Below, one piece after another: positions 52,791-63,834 of a DNA stretch of 64,000 nt. Within the stretch, counting starts at the first letter, position 1. Every line of letters begins with the position of its first letter. A program made the position numbers and the translations under genes. The DNA comes from Epiperipatus broadwayi (lineage: Eukaryota > Animalia > Onychophora). Under the pieces are notes generated by a model, which ran no database searches, was not told the DNA's origin, and worked only from the letters and a program-made list of their open reading frames with translations. Location of the stretch: contig JAQFVV010000002.1 in assembly GCA_028023455.1 (NCBI GenBank), positions 22,320,001-22,384,000 on the forward strand, read 5' to 3'.

Positions 52791-53685
52791 TGATATTCAA
52801 TTTCATAGAGACCCTCACCAACTTACCTATGCCATGTGAGTCAAGCCATTGGAAATTCGAGGATTTATACATCCAAATTCTAACTTACCGAACTCATATA
52901 AATTGGCTGGACTCACATTCTTCCTACACAGAAATCATAAACTATGTAAATTTGAATCTGACTGCAAAAAGAACCTCACAACATTATCTATAAAAAGATT
53001 AGGAAATTTCAAACTAAGTTACAAACTGACACAGTTAGAAACAATAAACCAAGAATTCTGCTACCTTACATACCATCAATTGCTAGGAAATATTATAAAA
53101 TATTTGCTGAGTCCTTCAAATTAGGTTTCCACACACTACCTTCAACAAACAGACTGATAAACAATACCAAAGACAAAATATCCTCTGATCAAATAGCCCA
53201 AGCAGTTTACAAAATTTTGTGCCCAACCAATGGATATAGAGCAGCATATTATGGAAAAACCCATGCCAACATCACCACCAGAACATCTCAACATCACTAT
53301 TTATACAAGAGAGCTCTAAGCAATACTGAAAACAAATCCATATTCTTTGAGCACCAAAGAGCAACAGGCCATGTGTTCGAACCCATTTTGGCAAGAGCAC
53401 TGTGCACTGAGCATAATAATACAAAATGAAAAATAAAGGAGGCATGCTTTATTGCAAATGACAACTATGCAATAAACCAAAAAGTTTCATGCTTTGCAAT
53501 CTCCAGAAAGTGGTCTTTATGAAAGAAAACTTTGAATAAATTTTGCATAAATTACTGCCAAGCTTCGTTTAAAATCTCAATATAAGCTGACACTCCCAAG
53601 ATAGGCTATGAATGTGGAGACCTAAGTTCTCCGAAAGTGCTAAGCTGTATAATTCTTTTTTTAATAATACTAAACTTCATTTTTT
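52790..53685 (+). mobile_element. Inverted ~870-bp duplicate of the PLE 3' part (RT thumb, GIY-YIG, variant HHR at 53601-53650)
   Basis: Reverse complement of ~51255-52140. Translates VYKILCPTNGYRAAYYGKT...EHQRATGH...KIKEACFI. Confidence 0.9.
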
Positions 53686-56169
53686 TGCATAAAGCCCAAT
53701 TTAAAACTTACCACTCGAAGGTGAAGTAAAAACAAGGATTTATTACAATAAAATGTGTAAAAATTAGTAGTAATAAGTTTGCATATGCCACAACAAGAAA
53801 CAGGAAATTGATAGTTTGTTATGCACTATTCCACTGATTACTAATTTGAATTTGATAAAAATATATTTTTGATATTTTTTTAAAATTATGATCCTTTTTT
53901 AATTCTGGAGGTCATCTTAAAGTTTATAGTCTCACACTAATTTTAAATCATATTTTAACTTTTGTTCTCTTTAAATATTTCTAAAATTGACTGTTGGCTA
54001 GAAACTTTTGTGTTAAATAAAAAATAACAATGAAGTATATGTTCCCATATAATTATTGTCTTTTTGGCTTCATTTTTTAATTTTGTGTATTTTCTAATTC
54101 ATACTGTCATGACTTTTATGTCCTCAAAAAAAAAAAAATTGAGATTTTTTCATTTAAGTGATTAAAAAAAAAAAATTGCACAAAGCAAGATCAAGTGAAT
54201 ATGACTGATTGATAAGCTGGACCATGCTGAACTTTAGACATTGAAGATGATACTTTGTTGGGTGAAGCTTGTACTGTTTTCTTTGTCACAAAATGAGATG
54301 TTTATGTTGTACCACATTATGTAAATGTTTCAGAATTTGCAGATAAAGTGCCTGACCATTACTAACTAAATCTGAGATAATGTTTGTGTCAAAAAAAAAA
54401 AATAGCATTGTTTTGACTTCACTCTCCACGCTTTTTTGGGATATGTTGAACTTAACATTTCAGTTAAATCACTCATAAACTTGTGTTTTTCTGAGATCAG
54501 CTTGCTTGTAATCTGTTTAAGTGTTACACATAGTTCGATCTTTTCAGTATTATAAAAATTGCTAAATATGCAAAACGCACTTTACAAAAAAATATGCTAT
54601 GTGGCACCATGGATTTCACATGATGATATCATTTGGAAGATTGATACAGAAAGATTCTTGCAAGAACTATGTAACAGTAGCAGCATATACTACAACAGTC
54701 GTGCAAACCAGAGTGTGATTTCAGATACTTTTGGGTACCTCTTCGTATATATTTATAAGCAGTTTAGATTTAGAAAACAGAGAGATGAGGTGCAATTAGA
54801 AAGTTGAGAAATATTGTTAATAGATATGTAGAAAAGATATGATAGACTATTATTGTTAAATATTTTGAATAGGAATTTTATAGAGGAATTGTTTTATTAT
54901 ATTTTTTTAAAAATATATATGTGGTTAGTAGCTCAGAAGATCATGTGACATTCAAATATCAAAATGAAAGGTTGAATTAAGAATCAATCTAAGAACCTTT
55001 AGCTATAAGTCCATCACTCTACCACTGATGTGAATTACCCAGTATATTTTGGAAAGTAAATATTAAAGGCGATTCGTAAATTAATCAAAAAATATTTGAA
55101 AAAACAATATCTTTTTAAAGAATAGATTGATATAGAAGAGGTTGTAAATTGATGTGCATCCTATATCTTATGTATTATATTTAGATAAGTAATTAAGTAA
55201 ATAATGTTTTGATGATTATGGTTAATTGTCAAGGAAATAAAATATTTATCAAGCCAATACAAAGTAAATGGTACTTTATATTTGATTTATAATAATTTGA
55301 TAATATAGGCTTTTTGTAGTTCGAGAAGAAGAGTTTAGTAAAATACTAAGTAGGATTGATGGCATTTATAGAAAGGTGAAAATAATATTTTTCTATTATA
55401 TTAGAGGCAGGTAGTGAATTTTGATAAGGAAGTAAATGCAAGTATCTGGTAACTGCCAATTTTTTTTTTTACTAATTTGTGGTTAGTGGTAAGTTAAAGT
55501 ACATACTCATTTCAACTATTGCTTATATCTAGAACTTAATAGTAGCAAAGCTCACTATTAGAGAACCTGAGTTTTAAATAGAAAGATCATGATAATTATG
55601 ATGCAAAAAAAAAATATTAATGAATGGTTGTCTTTCTTGAATAGAGAAGAAAAATCCATTCATCAGATTTATCAGTCTTTGTCTCATAATACAATCCTTA
55701 TCAACATTAGTTATCATGTTATAAGATAGTAATTCTGGATTACCATTTTCAAAAGACATATAAAACCTTCTTCTAATCATATACAGATAATAATTTTGAA
55801 TGGACTGTCAGTTGCTTTACCACAACTATAAGTCATCTATTATTCAGAAGGTTTTATCGAAAGGTCATCTCCAATTTAATAGATGTAAATTGATTTCACC
55901 AATTCTATTTATTAAGTTTCATAACTTAAAAAAATTGCAATAGGCATATAGATGGTAATGTATCCATTTTTTTTTTCTACTTCAGTGTTTATTTTTTAAA
56001 AAGATATATAGAGTCCTATTATGGATTGATGCTCAGCAATTTTCTAAAGGCATGCTTTTTTCCAACTAATCAACATATTATATATATATAAAGAAGGTTG
56101 CCTTAGCAACAGGTTGAGATTGCTGATAGTTATTGATATTGGGATTGTCTGTTTTGTCTGATTTTAATG

Positions 56170-56692
56170 ATTAACACAGGCAAAACTCACCATATAGTAG
56201 TGCCACTCAGTGCCAGCCAGAGTAATCATTGGATGCCAGAAGGCTTGCGCATAAAATCCCCATTTAATGCCCATTCATCCAATATCCCCAGACTAGTTTC
56301 TGGCTTGTGTCCTTTGTCAGTTAGGAACCTTGGATCTGCAAGCACTGCATCTAGATCTTAGGATCTAATGCAACTCTCCAGAAGCTATCTTTTATCTCTA
56401 CTTAACTACAAGACTATGAGAATAAAATTGAAGACACAATAAGATTTTCAATAATTTTGTAATTAAGTAGAGATAAAAGATGGCTGCTGGAGGGTTGCAT
56501 TATATCCTAAGATCTAGTTGCAGTGATCTTAGATCCAAGGCTTCTCACTGATGAAAGACACAAGCTCGAAACTAGTCTAGGTCTATTGGATGAATAGGCA
56601 CTGGATAGAGATTTTATGCACAAACCTTCCTGCATTCATTGATTACTTTGGCTTGCACTGATTGGTGAGTACTGTATGGAGAGATTTGCCTC
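56170..56692. mobile_element. Large family B fold-back; both arms carry an HHR (~56280-56335 minus, degenerate; 56532-56600 plus, intact core)
   Basis: ~230-bp inverted arms around a ~45-bp spacer. Plus copy: TTCTCA CTGATGA aagacacaagctc GAAA CTAG TC TAGG. Confidence 0.85.
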
Positions 56693-58000
56693 TGTGTATT
56701 CTCATTAGCTGACATTATGAATGTATTACAATTCTCAATAATTTTGTACATTAAATTACTTCATTGGTGGAAAAATCTATTTAATGCCCTATTGACACAT
56801 GGATACTTAGAATCATTTAATAAGCTTTGTCCTACTTTGATAATAAACAATCTTTTTTTTTTGGTTTTAGTAACTATCAGGAAGCAGTATTTTCAAAATG
56901 AAATTAACATACAAAGTAAATATTATTAAAAATTAATAATTTACTAACTGCCAAATATTTAGGATACCAAAACTGAGTAGCAGATTATTAGTAATAATAT
57001 AGGAGAAGCAATATATTAATTGTATTAATAATTCAGAGATGAAATGCTTATAACACTTGGTTTACAGAAATCTGCATGGGTATGTTTATAGCTCCTTTTT
57101 TGTTGATGTTTAATAGGATTGACCCCCCCCCCACTCAAGAATAGGGTGTTTCTTTTTTTTTTATCTATCTATAAGCTGGATTTTTAGAAAGAATTCTGTT
57201 AAATATTTTGTGCTAAGACTTACCTTCTTTTTATTTAAGACTAGAGGAACCAATCTTATAAATAAAATACAGATTAAAGTGTATTAAATAGACATAGCAT
57301 GATGTGGGTGAAATTTAAGCAAAACTAACATCTCTGGAAGCTACATATAAACAATATTCATACATGGAAAAATGCAAAGGATAGAATGGACTTAGGATCC
57401 ATTTTATTCTTTGCATTGACATATGAGTGGCACTTACACTTAGCTTCCAGAAGAGATCTTGCAAAAGTAAAATTAAAAAAAGTATTAAGTAAATAGTTTC
57501 TAATACATTTTATTTATATTTTCTATATACAACATATTTTTTGTATTTTCTATGAGTGAATAAGTTCTTTCTTTTTTTTTGTTTCATTACATGGGAGAAA
57601 TGCTTGAAAACTTAAAATATTACTAAGAATGATAAGATTGTACCGTTCTATAATTGAAACGTTTGTCATTTGTTTGTTAATTCACATAAGTTATGATTCT
57701 TAAGATTATAATACTTTATCTTAATATATATATATATGTGAGATCAGTTTTTCAAGCTGTCAATATCTAACGTAAAATTTTGCATTACATTTTATAATTT
57801 CTTATGGCTAGTAGATTGCTGAGCATTTTTGACCAATAGTATTAACAGTATTAATTAGTCACAAAAAATACTCATTTGTGATAGAATTTGCATAAATAAA
57901 TAAATCTTAGAAATAAAGTTTATTAATATATTTCCAACTCATTTTATGAGTCTATAAATATGATTTATAACTAGTGTCTCTCTTTAATTTTTTATTTTAG

Positions 58001-58152
58001 ACAAACCAATTTTTATTCTTCAAGGTCAAGATGCAGATGGGGATAACTTAACTTTTGGAACATATGATAGTGTTGCTCAAGAACTGTTTAATATTGTCAG
58101 GGTGAATTCCACATCAGCAGCTGTGTACCTTAAGCGACCTTTTGACAGAGAG
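58001..58152 (+). CDS. Cadherin exon (EC1 core; CDH23/CDHR1/Cad88C-like non-classical cadherin)
   Basis: Acceptor TTTTTTATTTTAG, donor GAG|GTATAA. Translates (D)KPIFILQGQDADGDNLTFGTYDSVAQELFNIVRVNSTSAAVYLKRPFDRE with the DxD and (L/F)DRE calcium-binding motifs. Joins in frame to the 47558 exon. Confidence 0.92.
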
Positions 58153-58289
58153 GTATAATGATTTTAAAAAATATAATGCAATTCATTCAGATAACTTTTA
58201 TATATACAATATACCCTCTGATAAGTATTAAATGATATAATTTTTTCTACAAAACAGGCTTTTTCATACCTGCACTTATTATGTAATAT

Positions 58290-58500
58290 ATAGGGGGTTC
58301 GAACTCAGACTTTCACACGATCCTCAACCATCATGCTATCTCATACTACTGATACACTTGATCACACACATGTTGAAAGATAAATAATCACCAATATACG
58401 TATTTCGTGCTAAACCATTACTCGTCAGTCCAGATTATCATCTCCACACATATACAATCAAAGCTCAGCTTATATTAAGATAGCCAATCTTCATACTTTT
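58290..58500 (-). mobile_element. Family A partial copy inside the cadherin intron (HHR at 58385-58440, stem I partly deleted)
   Basis: Minus strand: CTGACGA...GCAC GAAA TACGTA TA TTGGTGATTAT. Best-preserved A-box-like (TAGCATGATGG, 58328-58338) and B-box-like (GAGTTCGAACCCC, 58294-58306) motifs. Confidence 0.82.
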
Positions 58501-59003
58501 AAAATATAATTTTATTAAACAATTCTGATTGTTAATGTGACCGTTCTATTTTATACATTTATTTTCTTCCTGTTGATGCTCATTTTAGCTAAAGATAAAC
58601 CATAGTTCTTCTTTTCTTTTCATAATTTGTTTTTTTTTTTATCTTCTGTGCTTTTAATTTATATGGCAAATGACATTTTCAAATACCTTTCATTTTTTCT
58701 ATCATTAGTATAGTCTATTGCTTTTTATATTTTTTACTTTTTCTAAATTCAGATGCAAGCCTTTATTTGTCCGCTTTATTTTTATTTTTTTTATTAATGT
58801 ATAGAAATTTTAGAAGCATATAGCAATAACCTTGTCATTTATTTATTTTTAAATTTCTGGGACTATTTTATAAATAAGTAAATGTAAAATAATATTGCAG
58901 TGTTTAAATAAGTACTTAGTTACATTTATATATATATAATTACAATACACAGATATATACATGTATGTGTGTGTGTAAAAATCTATAAACAACCATTATA
59001 AAT

Positions 59004-59283
59004 GCGAGTTCATGTGAGAGGGATCGGGGGTGTCCATTTCACCGAAAACAATGGCCATCAGGTGTTCTGGGAAACTTGTCAAGCGTGCGAGGTGAAGCTG
59101 AGCCTCCTGAAACGGACAAGAATAGCAAAGTAATGTGGCTCCTTCATTTGTTAAACGGTGGGCGGGTCCTGCTGATTGTGTTGATGTCGTGTTTTGCTGA
59201 TGACTTGACTTAGCACTGTTTTGGCATTGGGTGAATTCTTGGGGAATGGGAATAAATTTAGTACCGTTTAATCTTAAAAAAAC
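59004..59283 (+). mobile_element. GC-rich 280-bp retroposed insert of unknown origin
   Basis: 17-bp TSD AAACAACCATTATAAAT at 58987-59003 and 59284-59300. AATAAA at 59251 and a short A tail. Confidence 0.8.
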
Positions 59284-59345
59284 AAACAACCATTATAAAT
59301 ATACTATATGTGAGTTCCAAAGAATTTTAATGATAAAAAATAATA

Positions 59346-60660
59346 AAATATATTACTTAATTAATCAGTAGGACTTTCGATTACGTTATAATCCTTATTA
59401 ACTGTAAAGTAATACAGAAGTTTAATATCATGTGATTTTCCATGATCTGTGTACGTCAGTATTTGCTGCTTGTCTATTTATTATATTATCTTTGAATTTA
59501 CTTATCAATATAGGTTCCTTAATTTTTCTCATTTTATGATTTCTTTCTTCCATTAATATTTTTTCATCACTTACATTAAAATTAAATTTAAAATTACAAG
59601 ATTTTTCATGGTTGAAGAATACTGAGACTATTTTTAATTGACTATGTAGTTTTTTTTTACCCGATTATATAATAATTAATGGTCTTTTATCCTTTTTTCC
59701 AAAGCACATCTTGATACCTTGATATATACAAATTGATAAATTATATTCTTTGCATTTTAGGCATAACATTCTGTCTATTTACATTTGGAGAAACATAAAA
59801 TGTAAGTAGACGAATTAATAATTCTAAAAGTATTATACCTAAAATGCAAAGAAGTAATATAATTTATCAGTTTATATGTGGTTATAAAAAATCATATATT
59901 GGGGAATCAAAATGTTTTCTGGGAGAAAAGGATAAAAGAACATCAATTATTACATAATTGGATACAAAAAAGACTAAATACCCGATTGATCTATATAGAA
60001 TTCTCAATATCAAAGATTGCATAATGTTAAGGGACTTCCCAATTATAAGATTATCCGTTTTTCTCACTTATTCCATGTGGGTTGCAAGATGCAAACAAAA
60101 GTTCACCTACCCCTCTCCCAAGACAGAAGACATTTTCATAGAGACTATGAAGACAATCCAAAATAAGGATAAAGTCCTTGCCTCAAAATTTCTTATAGGA
60201 AACACATGGAATCTCTTCAGCTTCCCAAACATATATATCCAAGTGTGAATAACTAATTGTATGAGCAGGCTTACAGTAACTTTCATAACAGACCAAATTT
60301 GACAAGGTTTCCTGTCTGTCTCATTGTGTAACAAAATGTAATATTTAACAAATAATTTTTTAAAAAAGACTAAATATCAATTAAATATGGCTTCAGTATT
60401 CTTGACTATCTTGTAATTATAAATTTTCTTTTAATGTAAATGATACAAAAATATTAATGGAAAACGAAATAATAAAAAGAGGAAAGTTAAGAAAGCAATA
60501 GTGATAAATAAATTTAAAGATAATATAATAAATAGACAAGCAGCAAATACTGACATACACAGCTCATAGAAAATCACGATATTAAATTTCTGTATTACTT
60601 TACAGTTGATAAGGATTATAATGTAAATGAAAGTGCTACTGTTTAATTAAAATATATTTT
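59346..60660 (+). mobile_element. Penelope-like element 3' remnant (GIY-YIG) with inverted ~400-bp arm at its 5' side
   Basis: SNIIYQFICGYKKSYIGESK...(frameshift)RIKEH at ~59850-59945. 59346-59745 mirrors the 3' part ending at 60660. Confidence 0.78.
59981..60361 (+). mobile_element. L1/Tx1-like LINE 3' fragment inserted in the PLE
   Basis: 15-bp TSD AAAAAAGACTAAATA at 59966-59980 and 60362-60376. ORF LSVFLTYSMWVARCKQKF resembles the L1/Tx1 ORF2 terminal YxIWxxRC motif. Confidence 0.7.
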
Positions 60661-60689
60661 ATTATTTTTGCCATTAAGATTATTTGGAG

Positions 60690-62040
60690 CTTATATGTAC
60701 ATATAATATTTAAATACATGTATATTGTCTATTCTAAACTTAATGTAATTAAGAAGGGACTTGAACTCAAGACTTTTAAGCTTCCTACTGCCATCCCTTC
60801 TATCTTGTACAAAGACTAAACTCTCCATACAGTAGCACCACCAGTGCAATCCAGAGAAATCAATGGGTGGAGAAAGATTTGTGCATAAAATTTCTATTTA
60901 GTGCCTACCCATTCAATATCCCCAGACTACTTATTACTCTGGCTTGCACTGGTGGTGCTACTGTATGGAGAGTTTAGTCTCTTTATAAACAAACAACTTG
61001 TGTAAGCATAAGAAATGGTGATCATGTGATGTTTAATGGTTTATCTTATATAACTGATAGACATGGCCACATACATGTGAAAAAGATAAATGATCTTCAA
61101 TATACATATTTTGTCCTGAATCAGCATTCATCAGTTAGTCCAGATCACCATCTTCCATACATATATACAATCAGTGCTCAGTTTATAATGATAGCAACTT
61201 TTCAAACTTTAATAGATCAGCTTCAACCTTCTCTACCCTCCAACTCATCAGCCATTTATAACATTGAAATCCGAGGATGGAACACCCAAAGTGTTTGCTG
61301 GTGCCAATATTATTGTAATATCCATATTGACTTTAAGTCACTCTGATTCCTCATATATAGGACCTTAATATCTTCATTTAAATGTACAGAAGAGCAGAAT
61401 ACAGATTAAATATGTAATATTTAAATACATATATATTGTTTATACTAAACTTAATGTAATTAAGAAGGGACTTGAACTCAGACTTTGAAGCTCCTTACAG
61501 CTATCCACTCTATCTTATAAAACTGATACACATAACCACATAAATGGGAAAAAGATTAATGATCTCCAATATATATAGTTTATACTGAACTAGATCTCAT
61601 CAGTTGGTTCAGATCAGCATCTTCCACACATATATACAATCAATGCTCAATTTATATTAAGATAGTAACTATTTATACTTTAATGGATAAGCTTCAGTGT
61701 TCTCCATCTCTCCAGTCATCCATATCTTTGAGAATCTGAAGATAGAATGCTCAAAGCCCTTGCTAATGTCAATATTATTGGCATACCCATGTTGACTTTA
61801 AGTAACTCTGACCCCTCAAATATAGGACCTTAATATGTCCATTTAAATATATGGAAGAGGGATGGGCAGAATATAGGCTAAATATGTAATTTTTAAATAC
61901 ATGTATATTGTCAATACTAAATTTAATGTAATTAAGAAGGGACTTATGACCACATATATGTAAAAAGGATACTGTGGATCAGTTGTATAAGGTAGAGTGG
62001 ATAGATGTAGGGAGCTTGAAAGTCTGAGTTCAAGTCCCTT
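60690..62040 (-). repeat. Head-to-tail tandem array of ~470-bp family A units with a terminal inverted arm; HHR motifs at 61090-61150 and 61559-61620
   Basis: TAATGTAATTAAGAAGGGACTT recurs, with AAGAAGG at 60751, 61462 and 61934 (spacings 711 including a family B insert, and 472). 61940-62040 is an inverted 3' arm. Confidence 0.88.
60810..61041. mobile_element. Family B fold-back copy nested in a family A unit
   Basis: Family B arms flanked by an imperfect TSD TATCTT(G/A)TA. Confidence 0.78.
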
Positions 62041-63192
62041 AATATATATTTATACAGGACATATGTCAGCCATACATGCTTAAAGGTATGCAACAAAGTT
62101 GGTTAATTAAAGCAGATGAATCTGTAAATAAATTAATAATTAAACTTTTATCTCATTGCACAAAGAGAAACCCAAAAATTATCTCATCAGCAAAGAATTT
62201 TTCATTCTGGAACTGGGTTCTTTGGTGACCAGGAAAATAATAACATCAATTTCTATTGTAAATCAACAAATGGCATTCAAATTTTAAATGCACAATTCAT
62301 TCCTTCATGAGTTTTGATGTTTTTTCACTCTTGGATAGAATCATACATTTTTAATTTGAATATCATATGCCATACTATCAATATGTGAGGGACCGATATT
62401 TTATCTCAAGGGTCATTTTCTGTTCCAGGATAAAAATCCATGTAGTTATGACTGTTTTTCATTTTTTTATGCACTAATATGGATGAGAATCTATGACATC
62501 ATTTACATGCTTATGCTTTTTTTTAAAATTACTAACTTTGATATATACTGTTTCACAATGCTTTAATACTCACCCTCTTTGACAGTTTCGATTGCCCCGG
62601 CAATCTTCTTCAGAACTACAATATTATACAAATATATGAATATAAATATACATGAACATATAATTTACATTCTATATATACATCTTATAATCATTTATTT
62701 ATTACCTTTTAAATGTTATTATATATTATATATTTTACCCTTTTTACATTCTATATTTATCAATTAAAAACTCCTACAATCATATACTATTTTTATTTTT
62801 TATTTTACTCTTATTGCTGGGACAATCGAAACTCTCAAAGAGGGTGGTTATTAAAGCATTGTGAAACAGTAATAAACTGCATAGATGAGTTAATATTATA
62901 TTAGATACATTTGGCAATGCAATAAGAAAGATTAATTTGATATACATATATATGTTTAATATTAGCATTTTGAAATAAAATGTATTCAACCGAGCTTATT
63001 TTTTCCAAATTATTACATATATATATATAAATTTATATGTAGAATGAAAAAGAGGAAGTATGGAGATTATTAAAATAATATATATAAATTGTTAGTAAAA
63101 TGAAAAATTGCTTTTTATTTTGATGTTTGAATGATTCTGAGGGTTCAATTTTAATCATTTCTTTTATTTTATTGAATTCTTATATTATATAT

Positions 63193-63304
63193 AGAGCTCG
63201 CAAATAAGCTCTTAACAAGTTTTGCAGAACATCCCCAGACTGGTTTCTGCTACTGGGGTTGGAGATATTCTGCAAATCTTGTTAAGAGCTTCTTTGTGAG
63301 CTCT
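63193..63304. mobile_element. 112-bp fold-back MITE in (TA)n
   Basis: AGAGCTC.CAAA.AAGCTCTTAACAAG.TTTGCAGAA is mirrored at the right end, with TA flanks. Confidence 0.75.
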
Positions 63305-63834
63305 ATATATATATAACATTTGTAATACAAGCTTATTAAATTAGGTCACGTGACATCTGACTTGATTTTTTTTAAAAATTGAATTCTTATATATAATTAA
63401 TGGAATAAACCATTTTTCCTCAGACTATAAACAAACACTTTTTTGATGAAGAGTCAAGTATAGAATGAATCCATCTATTCCTTAATCTTTTAATGCTTAT
63501 AAGCTTATCCTTACCAATATTGATGAAAATACAGAGGAAGTCAATACATCGGCCAAAAGAAAGCATAACAATAATTAGTAAATTAATAGTTAATTGTACA
63601 AGGATGAAAATTCAGTCTCACTCTTAATGATCTTTTAATGATTAAACTGAAGTTAATATTTACTTCAGAGACCCAAGAATCCATATTTTCATTAATTTCT
63701 ACATCAACCTGCACAATTTAAATGCATTCTATTTTAAAACTACTAATTGATACATGTGTAACAAAGATGATTAATCAAACCATACACATTTATATATTAA
63801 TGCATAGAAGATTTAATGTTCTATTTACACAGTA

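Noticed and set aside
60545-60595. Hammerhead in the 59-60.6 kb PLE arms (CTGAC(G/A)T...GAAAATCAC..GATA)
   Set aside because: The core deviates at position 9 and no consistent stem I or II could be drawn.
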